Shown here: positions 40,405 to 53,767 of the stretch, piece after piece
Layout of the letters: every line of letters begins with the position of its first letter
Position numbering within the stretch: the first letter of the stretch is position 1
Assembly (NCBI GenBank): GCA_037379345.1
Contig: CM074520.1
Span: forward strand, 20,501,488-20,565,487
DNA from: Perna viridis
Taxonomy: Eukaryota
Length of the DNA stretch: 64,000 nucleotides
Direction: 5' to 3'
The notes under the pieces: model-generated
What the model saw: only the letters and a program-made list of their open reading frames with translations
The model's database searches: none
Told to the model about the DNA's origin: nothing
Position numbers and translations under genes: made by a program

Positions 40405-41400
40405 TCCCAAGTGAACTATGATTAGAAGGGTAATTTAAAAGAGAATAATCCAGGCATAACGACTATAAAAAGGCAATAGACACACACAATTAAGAAATGA
40501 AATCACCAAAATAACACTCACATAGAAACGAATTAAATGTACAACCCGGATCGAGTCCAGTAAAATTTGGAGCATGGGCCGGATACATTGTAGGTTAAGC
40601 GTTCTCTTCCTTTCTAGAAACTTCCCCCAAGTTTGGTCACGTCCAGGGTAAGTAAATAGGAAATGAATACTTTGATACGATGAACGAATGCAGATAGATA
40701 CACCATAATGATCCACGAGTCTATAAAACTTTAATCCTCTAGCAACATAATCCTGTTCCAAAGCCTAATTGTAAGAAGTCTGGCACGATGCAAAAAGTTC
40801 ATTCAGTTTCTACAAGCTCTGTGATAATGTGAAAACTCCATAGGAAGGTGCTAAATGGATGTTGCCACATGTAATAAGAAAGTTGGCGATACGAAATGAG
40901 AACCCTTTGCGTTTGTCGTATATGTTGTAATGATTTTTCCCTTGACATCGATATCTAAGAGTAGGCCAAGGCTAACTTCATAGTGTCTGTGGTATCCTTT
41001 ACATAGTTCTTTGGGTTAAATGCAATGCATAAAATACCCGAATATAAGAAGCGCCATCGATTATAACGGCCACTGAGACCACAGGATATGGCTGAATGAT
41101 ACTCTTTATTGTGAATAAGAATAGCTATAGTGTCGGCCTCAACGAGTCGCAGATCACAATGATTTACCATTGGAATGCCGACCGTCTGCATCCAACACAC
41201 TACACAAACATCTTATCGATAAAAAATTCCAACATATTGACACCATCGTCTTCGGTATAATTAGAAAACGACTTGATAGCGTTTTTTTTTTTTTAGCAAA
41301 GTATGAAGAGTCTCTGCCAAGTACTACGTACATGTATTTGTATAGATGTCCCATCTTTCTTATAGCTAAAGAAACAACGATGTATAATGCTTTTGGGTCT
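40405..41400 (-). pseudogene. Penelope-like reverse transcriptase relic with its 3' non-coding end
   Basis: Frameshifted peptides QTVGIPMVNHC (cf. GIPMGTNCAP), VKDTTDT, YDKRKGFSFRIANFL..GNI..APSYGVF (cf. YDKRDDFNF.I.NFP..SNIP...AYGV), LEQDY..KFY.LVDHY. Confidence 0.7.
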
Positions 41401-42199
41401 GGATTTCAATGAGATCGTAGAATAGTAGTATAAAGATTTGAAAAAAAATATCATAAGCTTTTATGTATTCAAATTATACTAAAATAATTCAAATATAATA
41501 ACAATAATGGCGTCCTATAAATAAATGTTAAGACGTTACGCACGCTATTGCGTCCAAAATGGTAACATCAGGATTCGGCGTTTTTGGTCAATTTTAGTAC
41601 CGACTTTATTGATTTTGACGTTAAAGGGGAATTAATTATATTTTAAAAAACTGAAACTAACACAACGAGACAGATAAAAATATTTAAACTGACATACGGC
41701 TAGTATACTATGTTTATGAAAATGTATAAACGCATACCATTACCTTTATCCGTCAAAATGAAGGAAGAAACTTTAAATTGGATTTATATTAAACAGAATT
41801 AATAATTTATATTTATTTTTATAAACTCTGCAATATATCTAGATGCAATTCTTCAGGCACTGTTATTGTTTTGTTACCGGTACATCCTAATTCGGCACAA
41901 ATGAAACGAATTGCTGCGGAGTAACAAATTGCAACTTTGCGTAGTATAAGTTTGTAAAGAAAAGGTTGATTTTTAACGCGGTCATAATATAGTCCTTTTA
42001 CAACTTTGAAACTGCAGTCGAAAGGGCTTCCCCATTCATATTTTTCGATACTGTGCGGAGGTGTCGTTTAAAAGTTACCTTTCAAAGGTAGTATTCAAAG
42101 TTCGGGTCATCTGCCCAAACAGAAATGATCATATCCTTTTCCACAATATTTTCTACAGTTTCGTCATTTACATGTTCTTCATTTGTTACTTTGAACCAT

Positions 42200-45100
42200 T
42201 TTTACTTTATTTTTTTTCTTCTCACAGCAAACTACGTTTCCATCGAAACAGTCATCACAATTATAGCATGACAAGTCCCGAATGTAAACGTGTACATCTG
42301 TACGCATCAAAATTATTTGGTGAATTTTTCTATTTTGGTCGACCGGTTTAAAATTTATGTTTTTGAAGTCGTGGAACTTGCTCAACGTATTTAAATACTA
42401 TTCTTTTATAAATACCACTTTTGGGACACTCAAGGTTTTTCTTTGCAAAGCCGAACAAGTCATGAGCTGATTGTATATTTGTTTTACCCAGAAACACCGC
42501 AAAAGTCTGCTTGGTTCTTTAAAAACCCACCGGCGGCGTCATGTGGGCCTTTGCCATGAGAAGTCTCAAAATAATTTCTGATAAGTTTTTCATATCCTAG
42601 TTTTTCTCGGCATGAACTGACATCGCCCATACAATTACGTCTCTTGTACTGTGCACTACACCCATCAGTAAATTCATGCATTACTTTCACATCCGCAGAT
42701 ATAGATTTTAAATAATTTGAAAGTTTGGACATGATATGTGAAATTTCGGTTATCGTCAAGGTCAGGGATTATAACAAAAAATTGCTCGTTAACTATCACA
42801 GGAGATTCTAAAGTACTGTCTATGCCATCTTTTTCAGGAATAGCATGTCGATGTAGTATTGTAACATGTATTCTGACTTCACTTCGTTGAAAATATGCTG
42901 ATTGTGTTTCGGTCCTATCGGAACACCGATAATTCTCGGAGTAGTCATGAATACATATTGTGTGGTCAGGAGGAAGATTTTGAAGGAGATTTCTGTACTG
43001 TTTTGTTTGCCAATGAGCCCTGTGTTGGTGAGCAGGGAAAGTTTTGGAAAATTTGAAATGTCTGAACATTTCACCAGGTTTTGTTGTTTTTTGCGCAAGC
43101 ATTAGCTTGTTTCTTGTTTTATTATTTTTTACATGTATTTTAGTATATTCGAACTTTTCCCATTTCACGTCGGGGCATTAACAGAAATGTATAATTCCTT
43201 ATCGTGAAATGATATGATATGATATGATTTATTTCGACTAAATATCAACATATTACATGTGTTACACAATTTACAACATACATATACACAATATAAAATA
43301 CAAATATATATTGTCTATAAGATTTTAAAAGTATAAAAGAATTGAACTGTCAAAAATATAGAACTCAAGACGTTGATATCTAATCAAGGATGGCCCATGA
43401 AAGCTAAATAGCTTATTTACAATGGGGTACTCATAGAGTAAAAATCTTAGAGGTGAACAAAAAGTATAACAATTCAAAACTTTGGCAAGGTATCTTGAAA
43501 GGAAACAAATCACTAGTATTATATATAAAATCTAAAAACTTTAAGTGTCCAAAGAAGAGTTCATGGCTGTTGACCAAAGGTAGTGTCCAGGCGGCAAGCG
43601 CCACTCTGCAACAGTAACAATGGTCCTCATCCAGTACTCATCTTCAAACACTCAAAGTACTGACGTACAGTAAAATCCACTGTATTACAATATAATAATG
43701 AAACTATTTATGCCGAGCTTGCTTCAATTGATCAAATAAAAAATCTTTTACTCCTAGTTTGAACGCATCTGAATTTTTTAAACTCTTTAAATTTGCTGGT
43801 AAATTGTTCCAGTCTTTAATTGCATTACAATAAAAAGATTGAACAGTTGGCCCCTTTATAATTGGAACATAAAAATTATTTTCACTAGATCTGGTAAAAT
43901 GGTTATGACAATCTCGAATTCTTGTGAAATTACAATTCATATAAGATGGTGATTTTCTATTAAATATTTTATAAACATGGTTTAACCTCATTTGTCGTAC
44001 CCTGTTTTCCACATTAAGAATACCAACGTCTTTAAATATATTAAAATCTATGCTATGTCTAGAGTCCAGGTTTTTAATAAATCGAATGACTTTGTTTTGA
44101 ACAACCTGAAGTTTATTTTTTAAATTTTTTATTGAGACCAGCATACCAAGATGAACATGCATAGTCGAAGTGGCACTGAATAAGTGCCACACTCAGTGAC
44201 TTCCTGGACTCCTCTGATAGACATTTAGCATTTCGGTACAGGAACCCCAGTCTTGAGCTAGACTTTTGGACAATATTTTTAACTATAGACTCCCCAGACA
44301 AGTATTGATCTATGTATAAACCCAAATATTTTAGGCTTGTCTGTGAATCTATTGTATGGTCGTTGCATTTTACACTAAACCGGGTAAGTTTCTTTAACTT
44401 TCTTTTGGAGCCAAACATAATGCATTCTGTCACCCAAATGCAACGACAGTTTATTGTCCACCAGCCATCGACTACAAGACTGGAGTTCCTGACCCAGTCT
44501 GGATGATATAATACCGGGATCTCTATGTGAGTATAAGATTGCACTGTCATCAGCGTATAATAAAAGTTTGCATTGTGAGCTGATACTGGTTGTCATATCA
44601 TTGACATAGCACAGAAATAAAAGAGGGCCTAATATACTACCCTGAGGTACGCCACAGGTTACATTCAAAAATTCAGATTCTGTTCTGTTTATGACGACTT
44701 TTTGTTTTCGATCTGATAAGTACGATTGAAACCATTTTGTGGAAGAGACACCAAGAGATTTTAATTTGTGGCAGAGAATGTTGTGGTCCACTGTGTCGAA
44801 TGCTTTTTGTAGGTCGAGCATAATCATAACTTTGAGACTCCGCAATCTTTACAGGCACGATTTAAGCAACAGGCATTCGGAATATAACTGTTACAAAACG
44901 TTTCGGCACTAATATCATTTAAATGATCGAAGGCAGCAAACATTTTCAAGATTTTGAATATTTAAATGCAATTTTTTTCTAAATTCCATGCATTTTTTGA
45001 AGACTGATCGTGTCTCAATGTGTTGTCGACAGCAACAAGTATTACGATCTTTTTCTTTGACGGATTTTACGTAAAATGGTTTGTAACTTTCGAATAAACG

Positions 45101-45900
45101 CTGAGAAATTTTTAAGTTTGGATATTTTGACTTAAAGTCAAGAGAAACTTCGGTTTGTGGTTTTTTCCAGTAAATGTACTTGATGAGAAACATATTTTTT
45201 TTACCTAATCGGGATTGCTTCACATCTTTTTTATTTGGACTTATTCTTGACATAGATGGAGAAATCCAAAAATCATATGCTAACTTTTTGGTAGAATCAG
45301 ATGTCAGAACGCGTTTTCCTTTTGGTAAATTCGTAGCAAAACTTTTCCGAACGCAAGACAGAAGAGCAAATCCTTTGGCCGCCTGACAAACGAGGAGGTT
45401 TTATGCATAACTTTTTTGCTACTTGGTTTTTCTCTGTTTAAGACAGTTTTTCACAACTGACTGATGCTGATAAAATATGCATTGAATTTCGCGCGTCTGA
45501 ATTTCTTTTCTGTTTTGTTTGATTTACAAAGTCCTTAATATTATCTAAAACCTGGTCTGACAGAGATGTTTTTTTTCTGCTGATGATAAATATGTTTTAT
45601 TGTTGGAGAGTTCTTAATGTATTCTTTTAACAAAATATCTTTTTTACCAGGTGTTGACGGCAAAGCGTCTTTCAATTTTTCAAAGCTATGTATTTTTCCA
45701 TTTTATAAGGAAAAGCCGGACTTCTATTAGCAATCTGTTTCATAGCAATTCTGTCACGAAAATTTTGTTGTGCTTTACGGCGGGACCTGCGTTTATACTC
45801 TCTTTGTTTTTCCTTTTTTTCCTCAAGTTTTCGTCGTTCATTTCTCTTGTATAGAGCGCTTTTTGTAATCTGTTTTGGACTGCCTTTCCTAATTCTATTG
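42200..45900 (-). pseudogene. Transposase pseudogene of the Sola-like element, split by a LINE
   Basis: DRNTCCCRQH..C..C..CKDCG zinc-binding region (44830-45250), KWEKFEY, HDYSENY..Q.AYF, FTDGCSAQYK, YFETSHGKGPHDAAGG (DDD catalytic motifs); frameshifts and stops. Confidence 0.8.
43209..44829 (-). mobile_element. 5'-truncated LINE (L2/Crack/Daphne group) RT fragment with 3' UTR and (ATCAT)n tail
   Basis: MLDLQKAFDTVDH, GVPQGSILGPLLFLCYVND, LYADD, KYLG, IQCHFDYACSSW..KLQVVQNKVIRFI, WNNLP; two frameshifts; AATAAA followed by ATCAT repeats at the 3' end. Confidence 0.93.
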
Positions 45901-46876
45901 TATTTCTCTGCATTTTTGTGTTAACATTTTCTTTTCTGTTCTTTCTTTTTAAGCTAAAATAAGCGTTGAGTAATTTTTCTTATAGTTCGTTCACGGTGCA
46001 TTTGTCAGGTGTCTTCCGATAGGCGGAAAACGTTCGAAACGTTCAAAATGTGAAGATTAGACAAATTGCTAGACATTTGTTTTATTCAAAATTTATATGT
46101 TTTAAACTTATAAAACAAATAAAATGAAATAGTTGTGTTTATAAGTGTATGTATAATTACAGAATATTATTGTTTTGTAAAAGAAATGACGAGTTTATTG
46201 TTGTGCAACTTCGGAACGTTTAGTTTTCTCGAGAAATATGCCAATCTTTGACTTTAGACATCTCGCTAGACATTTCCAAAAAGCCGTAATATTTTTGTTT
46301 GTTCTCCATTTTTTATCAAATGCTGCTTTAAAAATGCTGAAAGTGTGTATATTTATGTAAAACATTTGTTAGAGCAGAAACTGTTTTTAACTGCGAGCAA
46401 CTTATTAACAAAATTCGTTTACTTACCATTATAAAAAATCTGACCCACTTTCATTTTTGCTCAGAATTTTTTTTCCTTATAAAAACACGCAATTTTCGTA
46501 TGACGTCACAAGGAACATTTGACGTAATTTCTGCATGCAAGATTTCGCGAATTTCACACCAGTTGCAAGAGCGTAAAGTGACTTTTTTTAGTTTTTGTAC
46601 CTACGTATTTGTTACTCCTGACAGGCGAAATTTTGAATGTTTTACAGGATTTTGGTAAGTGTAATTGTTTATCAAAATTAAGAAGATCTTTGTTATTCAG
46701 AATAGATATTCAGAAATAATAATTCGTGCCGGTTCTAAACATATGCAGCTTTCATGTTTTTTTTAAAACTGATTGTTTATAATATTCATTATAGTTAAGG
46801 TGGATGTGATTTTTTTTAAATGGTCGCAATAGCGTGCGAAACGTCTTAAACGGTATACTACCAGACTTTTTGTCAT

Positions 46877-47052
46877 ATTAAAAAAGAACTAACTCATGTT
46901 AAGGATGGTGTTGTACTCATTAACACACAAGTTGGTCTTTACATTCGTATTTGATACCTCGCTCAGGCTCGGTATAATATAATCAAATATAATGACCCAG
47001 CCCAAGTGTAAATGAGTAAAACACCATACCTCCACGAATTACTTCTTAAATA
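46877..47052. mobile_element. Palindromic non-autonomous element (Crypton-like architecture)
   Basis: ATGGTGTTGTACTCATTAACAC ... GTGTAAATGAGTAAAACACCAT inverted arms around a central CCTCGCTCAGGCTCGG. Confidence 0.45.
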
Positions 47053-47819
47053 ATCAAGCACTTAGAGTTTCCGGAACATCCTGAGTTTTTCAGGATGCAC
47101 ATTGCATTGATACCACTTCTTGCGTTACATGTCTTGGTAAGACTTATGACCCTCTTAAACAGTAGTAAATGTATGCAGAAGTTCATCGTTCAAAGAGGTT
47201 GTGCCGGTGATTATAAAAAAATATCACCGGGCGGTAATTATATTTCTGCAAGAGGTTTCCCGCCATTTAAAATTTTCGAAGTTTTCTATATATTTCATAG
47301 GAGAAACCAATTCTCCTTTATGCAAACTATTCTTGATTTAAAATATTTCTCCACTCTCTTTGGTTAAATTAAGATTTTAACATGCTCGCTGAACTCGACC
47401 GGCATGTCACGTGAAAAATATTAATTTTACTCTCATGATCAATATTTTTATTCATTACTGAAGGATAATCTATCTATGCACAACATTTCTATTGAGCACG
47501 AAACGTTTATTCTAATCAGGAGTTACAACATTTTAGGATTTCGGGGGTGGGGTGGTGCTATGTATTTTTTTTTGGGGAGGGGGAGGGGGTGAGAAGTTTG
47601 TTTATTTGGGGAACAAAATTTGTTTTCGACTTTTTTTTCGAAAATTAAAATATCTCGAATAAAATGCATAGCCCTCCGATCTCCTAGTAAATCAAATGGT
47701 TGCTGTGTTGGGGTATAGTTTTTATTGAAGAATGGGCTTGAAAGATTTCTTCTGATTGAATTATTTATTTTCACTATGTTAAGTGTTTACCTGATCATGC
47801 CCTTCTTTCTTAACTAACA

Positions 47820-48018
47820 TATAGCAGGCCTAAGGAAGACAATCCCAACTATGTTTCGCCGATTCCGGAATCTGTTTCCGATGTAAAAAATATTTTACTG
47901 ATACCAGAATCATTTCCGGTGGGAAGGTTACTTGCACTTGTTCAACAACTTTTTATACGGAATCACACTCACAGCATGCCAGAAAGGCTTTCTATCTAAA
48001 AAGATGAATTGTAAAACA
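47820..48018 (+). promoter_or_regulatory. Candidate promoter / non-coding first exon of the downstream galactosyltransferase gene
   Basis: CpG-containing segment with TTCCGG (ETS-like) motifs, ending in a strong donor ACA|GTAAGT at 48019, right before CpG-poor DNA begins. Confidence 0.3.
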
Positions 48019-48659
48019 GTAAGTACAACATTAAAAGGCAAACCCAAGTTGTAACAATAAGAATTTTGTTTTGGCGAATTCAAACTGTAACGGTTAACGC
48101 TGAAATTTTGAAATAATGCATTCTTTTTTTTTAAATGGAACTATTTTATGGTCGATTATTGCATCGTCTGGTTGTCATGTCCATTTTTTAAATATACAAT
48201 TAAGTCTTACTATTATATTTTTAATTAATAGTAAGTTGTTTTGTTTGCAAACAGGGACTTTTTGCAAGCCATAAGTGAACATGCAATGTACACAACCTGT
48301 TAAATAGTCATATTTCCACTGAGGAATATAAGGTGGTAGACTTTTCCCATTGTTTTCATACTGAATTATCTTTTAACTTGAAGATTAATGATGTCACAAT
48401 ATTACCAGGTTACATTACATTGTTTATCTCAAAATGTTATTTGGAGACAAATCTGGGGTAATACAAGGCAAAATGACAAGTGTGAATTGATGTATATGTA
48501 TATACATTGTAATGCCACTAATGGTCAAGATCGGTAGTTCTGGCTTGCAAGTACAATTGCTGTCATATTTTTCACCCTTTTCTATATTAGAAAGATCTTG
48601 CAGAGATCAAATATATTATAGTTACACTCCCTGAATCAAACAACATTCCCAATATTCAG

Positions 48660-48830
48660 TGTACCATGTGACAATTACCTTATGCCATGTTCCGTGTGAT
48701 TTCCCTGTACCATGTACAGTGTTCCTTGTACACTCCAATTACTATATACCATGTATAGTGTTCCTTGTGCACTCCATTTACTATATACCATGTCCATTCT
48801 GTGTTTCATGTCCATTTCATGTGTTTTTCA
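48660..48830 (+). repeat. Degenerate minisatellite related to the 36-bp array at 60085
   Basis: Shares TACCATGTCCATTCTGTGT and GTTCCGTGTGATTT with 60085-60535. Confidence 0.55.
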
Positions 48831-49683
48831 CTCATTTATACAATTTGTGAAGACAGATAATATATTAAAGGCTTTTATATTCCAAGGCTTCTATTACATA
48901 TCTTAAGTAATACAATACACATATTTATTGTTAAATAAATATTAACTGCAAAAAATTGAAGGCTAAAGATGTACATTATTTGACTCGATTAAAGGCGGGT
49001 GTCTGAAAATATTGTATGTCTGGTTAAAACATAAAATTAAATTTTGTACCTGATTATAAATTTCAATATAGATTACCATGTTATTACAGGAAAAGTATGA
49101 TTTCCCTCAGGCTTTGATCCATTATAATTATTTTAGAAATCAATGGAATGATAAAGATTTTAGTACTTACATTCAAATCGTACAAAGATAATCTGTTTTG
49201 TATTATTTAATAAATAGGTCATTTTGATCTGTGTTGGAAGATTCCAATCACCAGATTTGTTTTGACTTGCCAAAGTTTTAAGTTCTAAACAAAAGCAAAA
49301 CAAAACAAGTGTACATGTACATGTAGTACTGAAAAACCTGAACATGTCCATGGCTACATGATTAATAGAAAAAAACATTGAATTAAAACACTAAGAGGTT
49401 ATTTCAATGGGCTTTTTTATTAGAGACACTACAGAATTCCATATAAATTTTGCTACCTGTAATTTGTGCATTCCTGTATTGAATTTACAATCCCTAGCAG
49501 GGGTACTGCAATAGTTGTCACTGGACAAGATTAAGCAATCTGGTCAACCTTTCATCTTTACCAGTGCACCTGGATTCAACTAACCATACACTGTTCCTGG
49601 TCTTAATTGGTAATTTTCAAATTTTAAATGCTGATTAATCAGACCGGAGTACTTGTTCTCTGGCCTCATTAGGCTGGGTTAAC

Positions 49684-50152
49684 AGGTTACAGACCACCAA
49701 TTCAACCAATGAGCATTTGGAACGTACGCAAAAATAGTCCTATGCAGAAATTACCCCTGTTCCTCATAGTGCTGTGAAAAAAGTTCTCATCTTATTTAAA
49801 AAATTTAAGCAGTTTCTGAAAGGAAAAACATTTCTGTACATTTTATAGGTGCATTTTGCTTCTTGTGATGTGAAGCCTAATCTCCATAATGATTTTTAAA
49901 TATACCCCTATCTTGTGAAAACACTGGGATTTCCCATGCTATTTATAGACCCTTCACTTCCGGTGACCAGTACTGCACTGCAAGTCTGCTAACCCCACAT
50001 GCCATTCTGAGGATTGTGAGCTGACATATGTAGAATCATGCTGATATATAGTCCTCTGCAGGTTAAAGTTAAGGTAAAGTCCAGAGAAGCCATTGAATAT
50101 TGTGAAATTAGCATAGAAGCCTATGGAAAGTGGAATTAGTGGTTTTTAGCCT
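49684..50152 (+). mobile_element. 469-bp MITE copy 1 (PIF/Harbinger-like: AGG..CCT ends, imperfect 20-bp TIR, 3-bp TSD AAC)
   Basis: AGGTTACAGACCACCAATTC / GAATTAGTGGTTTTTAGCCT; AAC on both flanks; near-identical to 57897-58365. Confidence 0.85.
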
Positions 50153-51899
50153 AACATGTTAGACCGGGTGATGCACACAGTTGAAACAATTATGAAGTAT
50201 CGAAAAAAATTTATAATATATATACACAGACAACTTATTACACATAATTGATAACAGTATTTTGTTTTAATTACAGAACTCACATGCATAATCCGTAAGA
50301 AATTATATTGCATTGTCTTTAATATCATCATTAGTAAGTTAACAATCCACACATTCAACCAATGAGCTTTAAAAAGTACACATAAATAGTCCTACGTAAA
50401 GTTTATTGCGCTTGTATTTCATAACTCTGGATAAATTGCATATCAAAGCAGCAGTGGTGAACCACCGTGAGCAGATAATCATAATCGTTTCATTGATACG
50501 CAAACATGTCACAGAAACTTGTTGAGTTTTATCTTCTTGTCAGTTTGGTATGTTGACCCTTTAGTTTTGAAATATAGGGGAATTCTAGTTTTCTATTTTA
50601 AGCTCATTGACATGTAGGAGTCAGTGTTTCTTGCATTGCAAAGAAGTTAACATAATGTAATATTGTCGAATATATATATATGATATGAATTATAGACACT
50701 AAAATTTTAAATGAAAAACACAAAAGCAAGAAAGGGATTTTTACTGATCAATTGTTAATATCAGTTTCATGTCATTCCTTCCAATAGAAGCTCAAAAATA
50801 TGTTACGAAAATTTTGATTGTGCATTACCTACATGTGAATAGTAATGAAGTCCTACCATCAACAGGAAGTAGATAATCAACAAATGTGTAAAGGGGAGGA
50901 ACATCACAAGTTATCATGCGTGAGCAATATTCCATATATCTAAGAAATCCCTTCAATAGAAGCTGAGAAATCTGTTACAGAAAATTTGTTTACACACAAT
51001 CTAAATAATTATTGTCATACAGTGAACAGGAAGCAGATAAGGAACTGCCCTGGGTACAATCATCATGCAAAAGCAATATGCAAACATTTAACAATTCCTT
51101 TCAACAGAAAGCAGACAATACTAATGCTGCATTGCAATCCTTTTTCATTTAAAATAATTAACATTTGCATTGTAAATATAGAGGCATGCTACAAGTATTG
51201 TAAAACATGTACAGGAGACCATTAATTTAGAACTTAATATGATTCAACATATTAAAACTGCTAAATTATTCCCAGATGAAGATTGCATCTTTTTGGCAAT
51301 TTATGTCAATTATTGTGTACTTTACAAGATTGACATCAAATTCACTCTTTAATGCATGCTATAAAATCTGTAAACCTTGAAATTGACTTTTGTGGTTATT
51401 AAAAGTCTTTACTACAGTAGTGGTATCAGACTCAGAAGACTACCATACATGTATGTACATGTATCATAGGGCAAGTCACAAGATAATCTTATGTATTGTG
51501 AATACTGTATTGAATCAAATACTCTCATGCTTTGTTCATTAACGATGAAAAATAATATTGAGCTACCAAATTTAGTGTGGCATGTCGTCATGAAATAATG
51601 TTTGTTGTAAAGGGTACCAGACTATCATTTGCTAATTTCTGAAAAAATATTGCATTAATTTAAAATTTAAAAACACATAATACCAGAACCTACACCTGAA
51701 TATGCCATACATGTACATGTATGATGTAATAATCTCTATGAAAACATTTTTACAGCTAGATCTGCAGTACATTGTATAGGCTCCCTCTTTTGAAGAAAAT
51801 ATGAAGAAAGAACATAGCAATTTTTCACCTACACAGGATCAGAAGGAAACAATTTGAATACTAGTAGATATTCTTGCTTGTACATGTATGACATTCATC

Positions 51900-53767
51900 A
51901 TAATACTAGGATTACTAGATTGAGTACTGCTAGTTGGTCAATGGTGTCTGTGTCTGTGAATCTCTCTCTGATGTTGTTGATCATTGTATTCAGGAATGGT
52001 GTCTTACTTGTGTGTCATAGTCAGTGGGTGTTGGTTGGTCAATGTTGGTGTCCTTCTTAAGTTGGTGTTCTTTTAGTAGCCATGGTCCAGGTTGGGTTTT
52101 CCTCTTCTCTAGTAGGTTGATGGTCTTCTCTATGCTGCTCTTCATGTTTCCAAGGTGGACATCTCTTTTCTGGAACACTAATGACAGGCTGGATATGTGG
52201 GGTAAGACATCTGCTAGAAGTAGTAGAGATCTGAGTGTGTAAGGGTCCTTTAGGTTCTTGAGTAATCCATGGCCGACTGGGTCTTTACTGATCTCTGAAG
52301 ATTCCGGGCCTGTAATGATACATTTGTAGCTCCTTACTATGGAAGTAACTGCTTGTTCATGGCTTAACCATTTGTGCTGCTTTGCTTGTGTGATGCTGTG
52401 TGGAACCTCGTTGAATGCCTTCTGTACAGATTTAAGCTACACTTATAGTACTTGTAGAGTGTCTCCAGTATTTGGTCAAGTTTTTTCATGAGTGGTTTAT
52501 TTATACGAATTTCTGCAAGCAAGTGCTAGTCTGTGATCTCTGCAGTGGTGGGTGAGTAAGTGTGGATTGTTCCTCTTTAGTTGGGTAGCTACGCTGGTTT
52601 TCTTGACTACAGAATAAAATTAACACGTTTATAAAATAAGTCATTAGTTGTTAACTTATCTATTAGTACTTTTATAATCAGATACGTGTAATGGCTATTT
52701 CTCTATCTAATATTTTTACTGACAATGGATACATTCAATTATGAATTTATTACTTTATTGTCAGTCTAAAACGATTAGTGTTGCTATGTATAAAACTTAA
52801 AAATGGCAGAAAAATACTGAAAATGTAAGTATATTTTAAAAAAGTTGTACCAATAAAATCTGCTGCCCCATCAGACGTAAAACCAGGCATGTCTTTTGAG
52901 TTGAATTGGTTCTTCTTGAGTTCTGTATTGATGGTCTGAGTAATAGAGTCTGCAGTGGCACTTTTGAGTTCTGTGTTGGTCAGGAATGAAGCCTTGATAT
53001 CCCTGTTGTTGCCTATGAAGCGGGTGCAGATAGCCATATGTTTGATGGTTCTGTTGTCTGTGACCTCGTCAACCATAATAGTGTAGCATGGACTGTCTTG
53101 GAGTTATGTGAGTAGAAGTTGTTGAACTTTGTTGCTGAGTACATCTAGTAGGTCGTATATAGTGTCATAGCTGCTGTAGTTGGCATTCTTGGCAAGTTGT
53201 AGTTTGGATAGATCTGTAGCTCCAACTTCAATACACAAGCCGATGATTGGTCCTAGTAGGTCGAGAGAGAGGTTGTTCTGTAATATAAAAAAGAGGACTT
53301 TGATGGCATCTCGTATAGACTTCTGGGCACCTGTGAAAATCTTGCTAGCCATTACGTCAACATTGTGAGTCATTTCTAATGTAACTGCAAGCTTGTGTTG
53401 CTCACTTTCTTGGTATATTTGAAGCTTGTCTTTCCGTAGGAGTCAGTACCATTCTTCTGACCAAGTCTTACAACCATTTCCTCCAGGAGTGTTGTGTTTG
53501 GTGCATACTTTACACCTCATAACGTCTATGGTTTCGCCATTCTCGTCTTCTCCTGGGTTGAAGTAAAACCATCAATACTATGTAAGCCAGTCTTTGTTGA
53601 TCCCAAGTTTGTGTCCATTGTTTCTTTTTTTGGTAGTTGTCGGATTTAGTGGAATAGAAGTAGAAGTAGTTGGTGTATTGTCGGGTACAACAGTATCAGT
53701 GGGTTCTGTAGATGGAACAACAGTAGTCGGTGTGGGGTCAGATTCAATTGTGTGGACCTCGTCGAAG
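51900..53767 (-). pseudogene. Intron-containing hAT-family (ZNF862-like) transposase pseudogene
   Basis: TTF-type zinc finger (WLT..W...MRCKVC..H), LAKNANYSS, IMVDEVTD (first catalytic D), GFTSDGAA, HHCRDHRLALAC (CxxH), KWLS, LSLVFQK; in-frame stops; GT-AG intron 52850-52607. Confidence 0.85.

Larger units (their letters stand above)
41532..46845 (-). mobile_element. Sola-type (Sola2-like transposase) DNA transposon, defective, with ~25-bp TIRs and TTAA flanks
   Basis: Left end TTAA-GACGTTACGCACGCTATTGCGTCCA; right end TGGTCGCAATAGCGTGCGAAACGTC-TTAA; internal transposase fragments (next feature). Confidence 0.85.
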
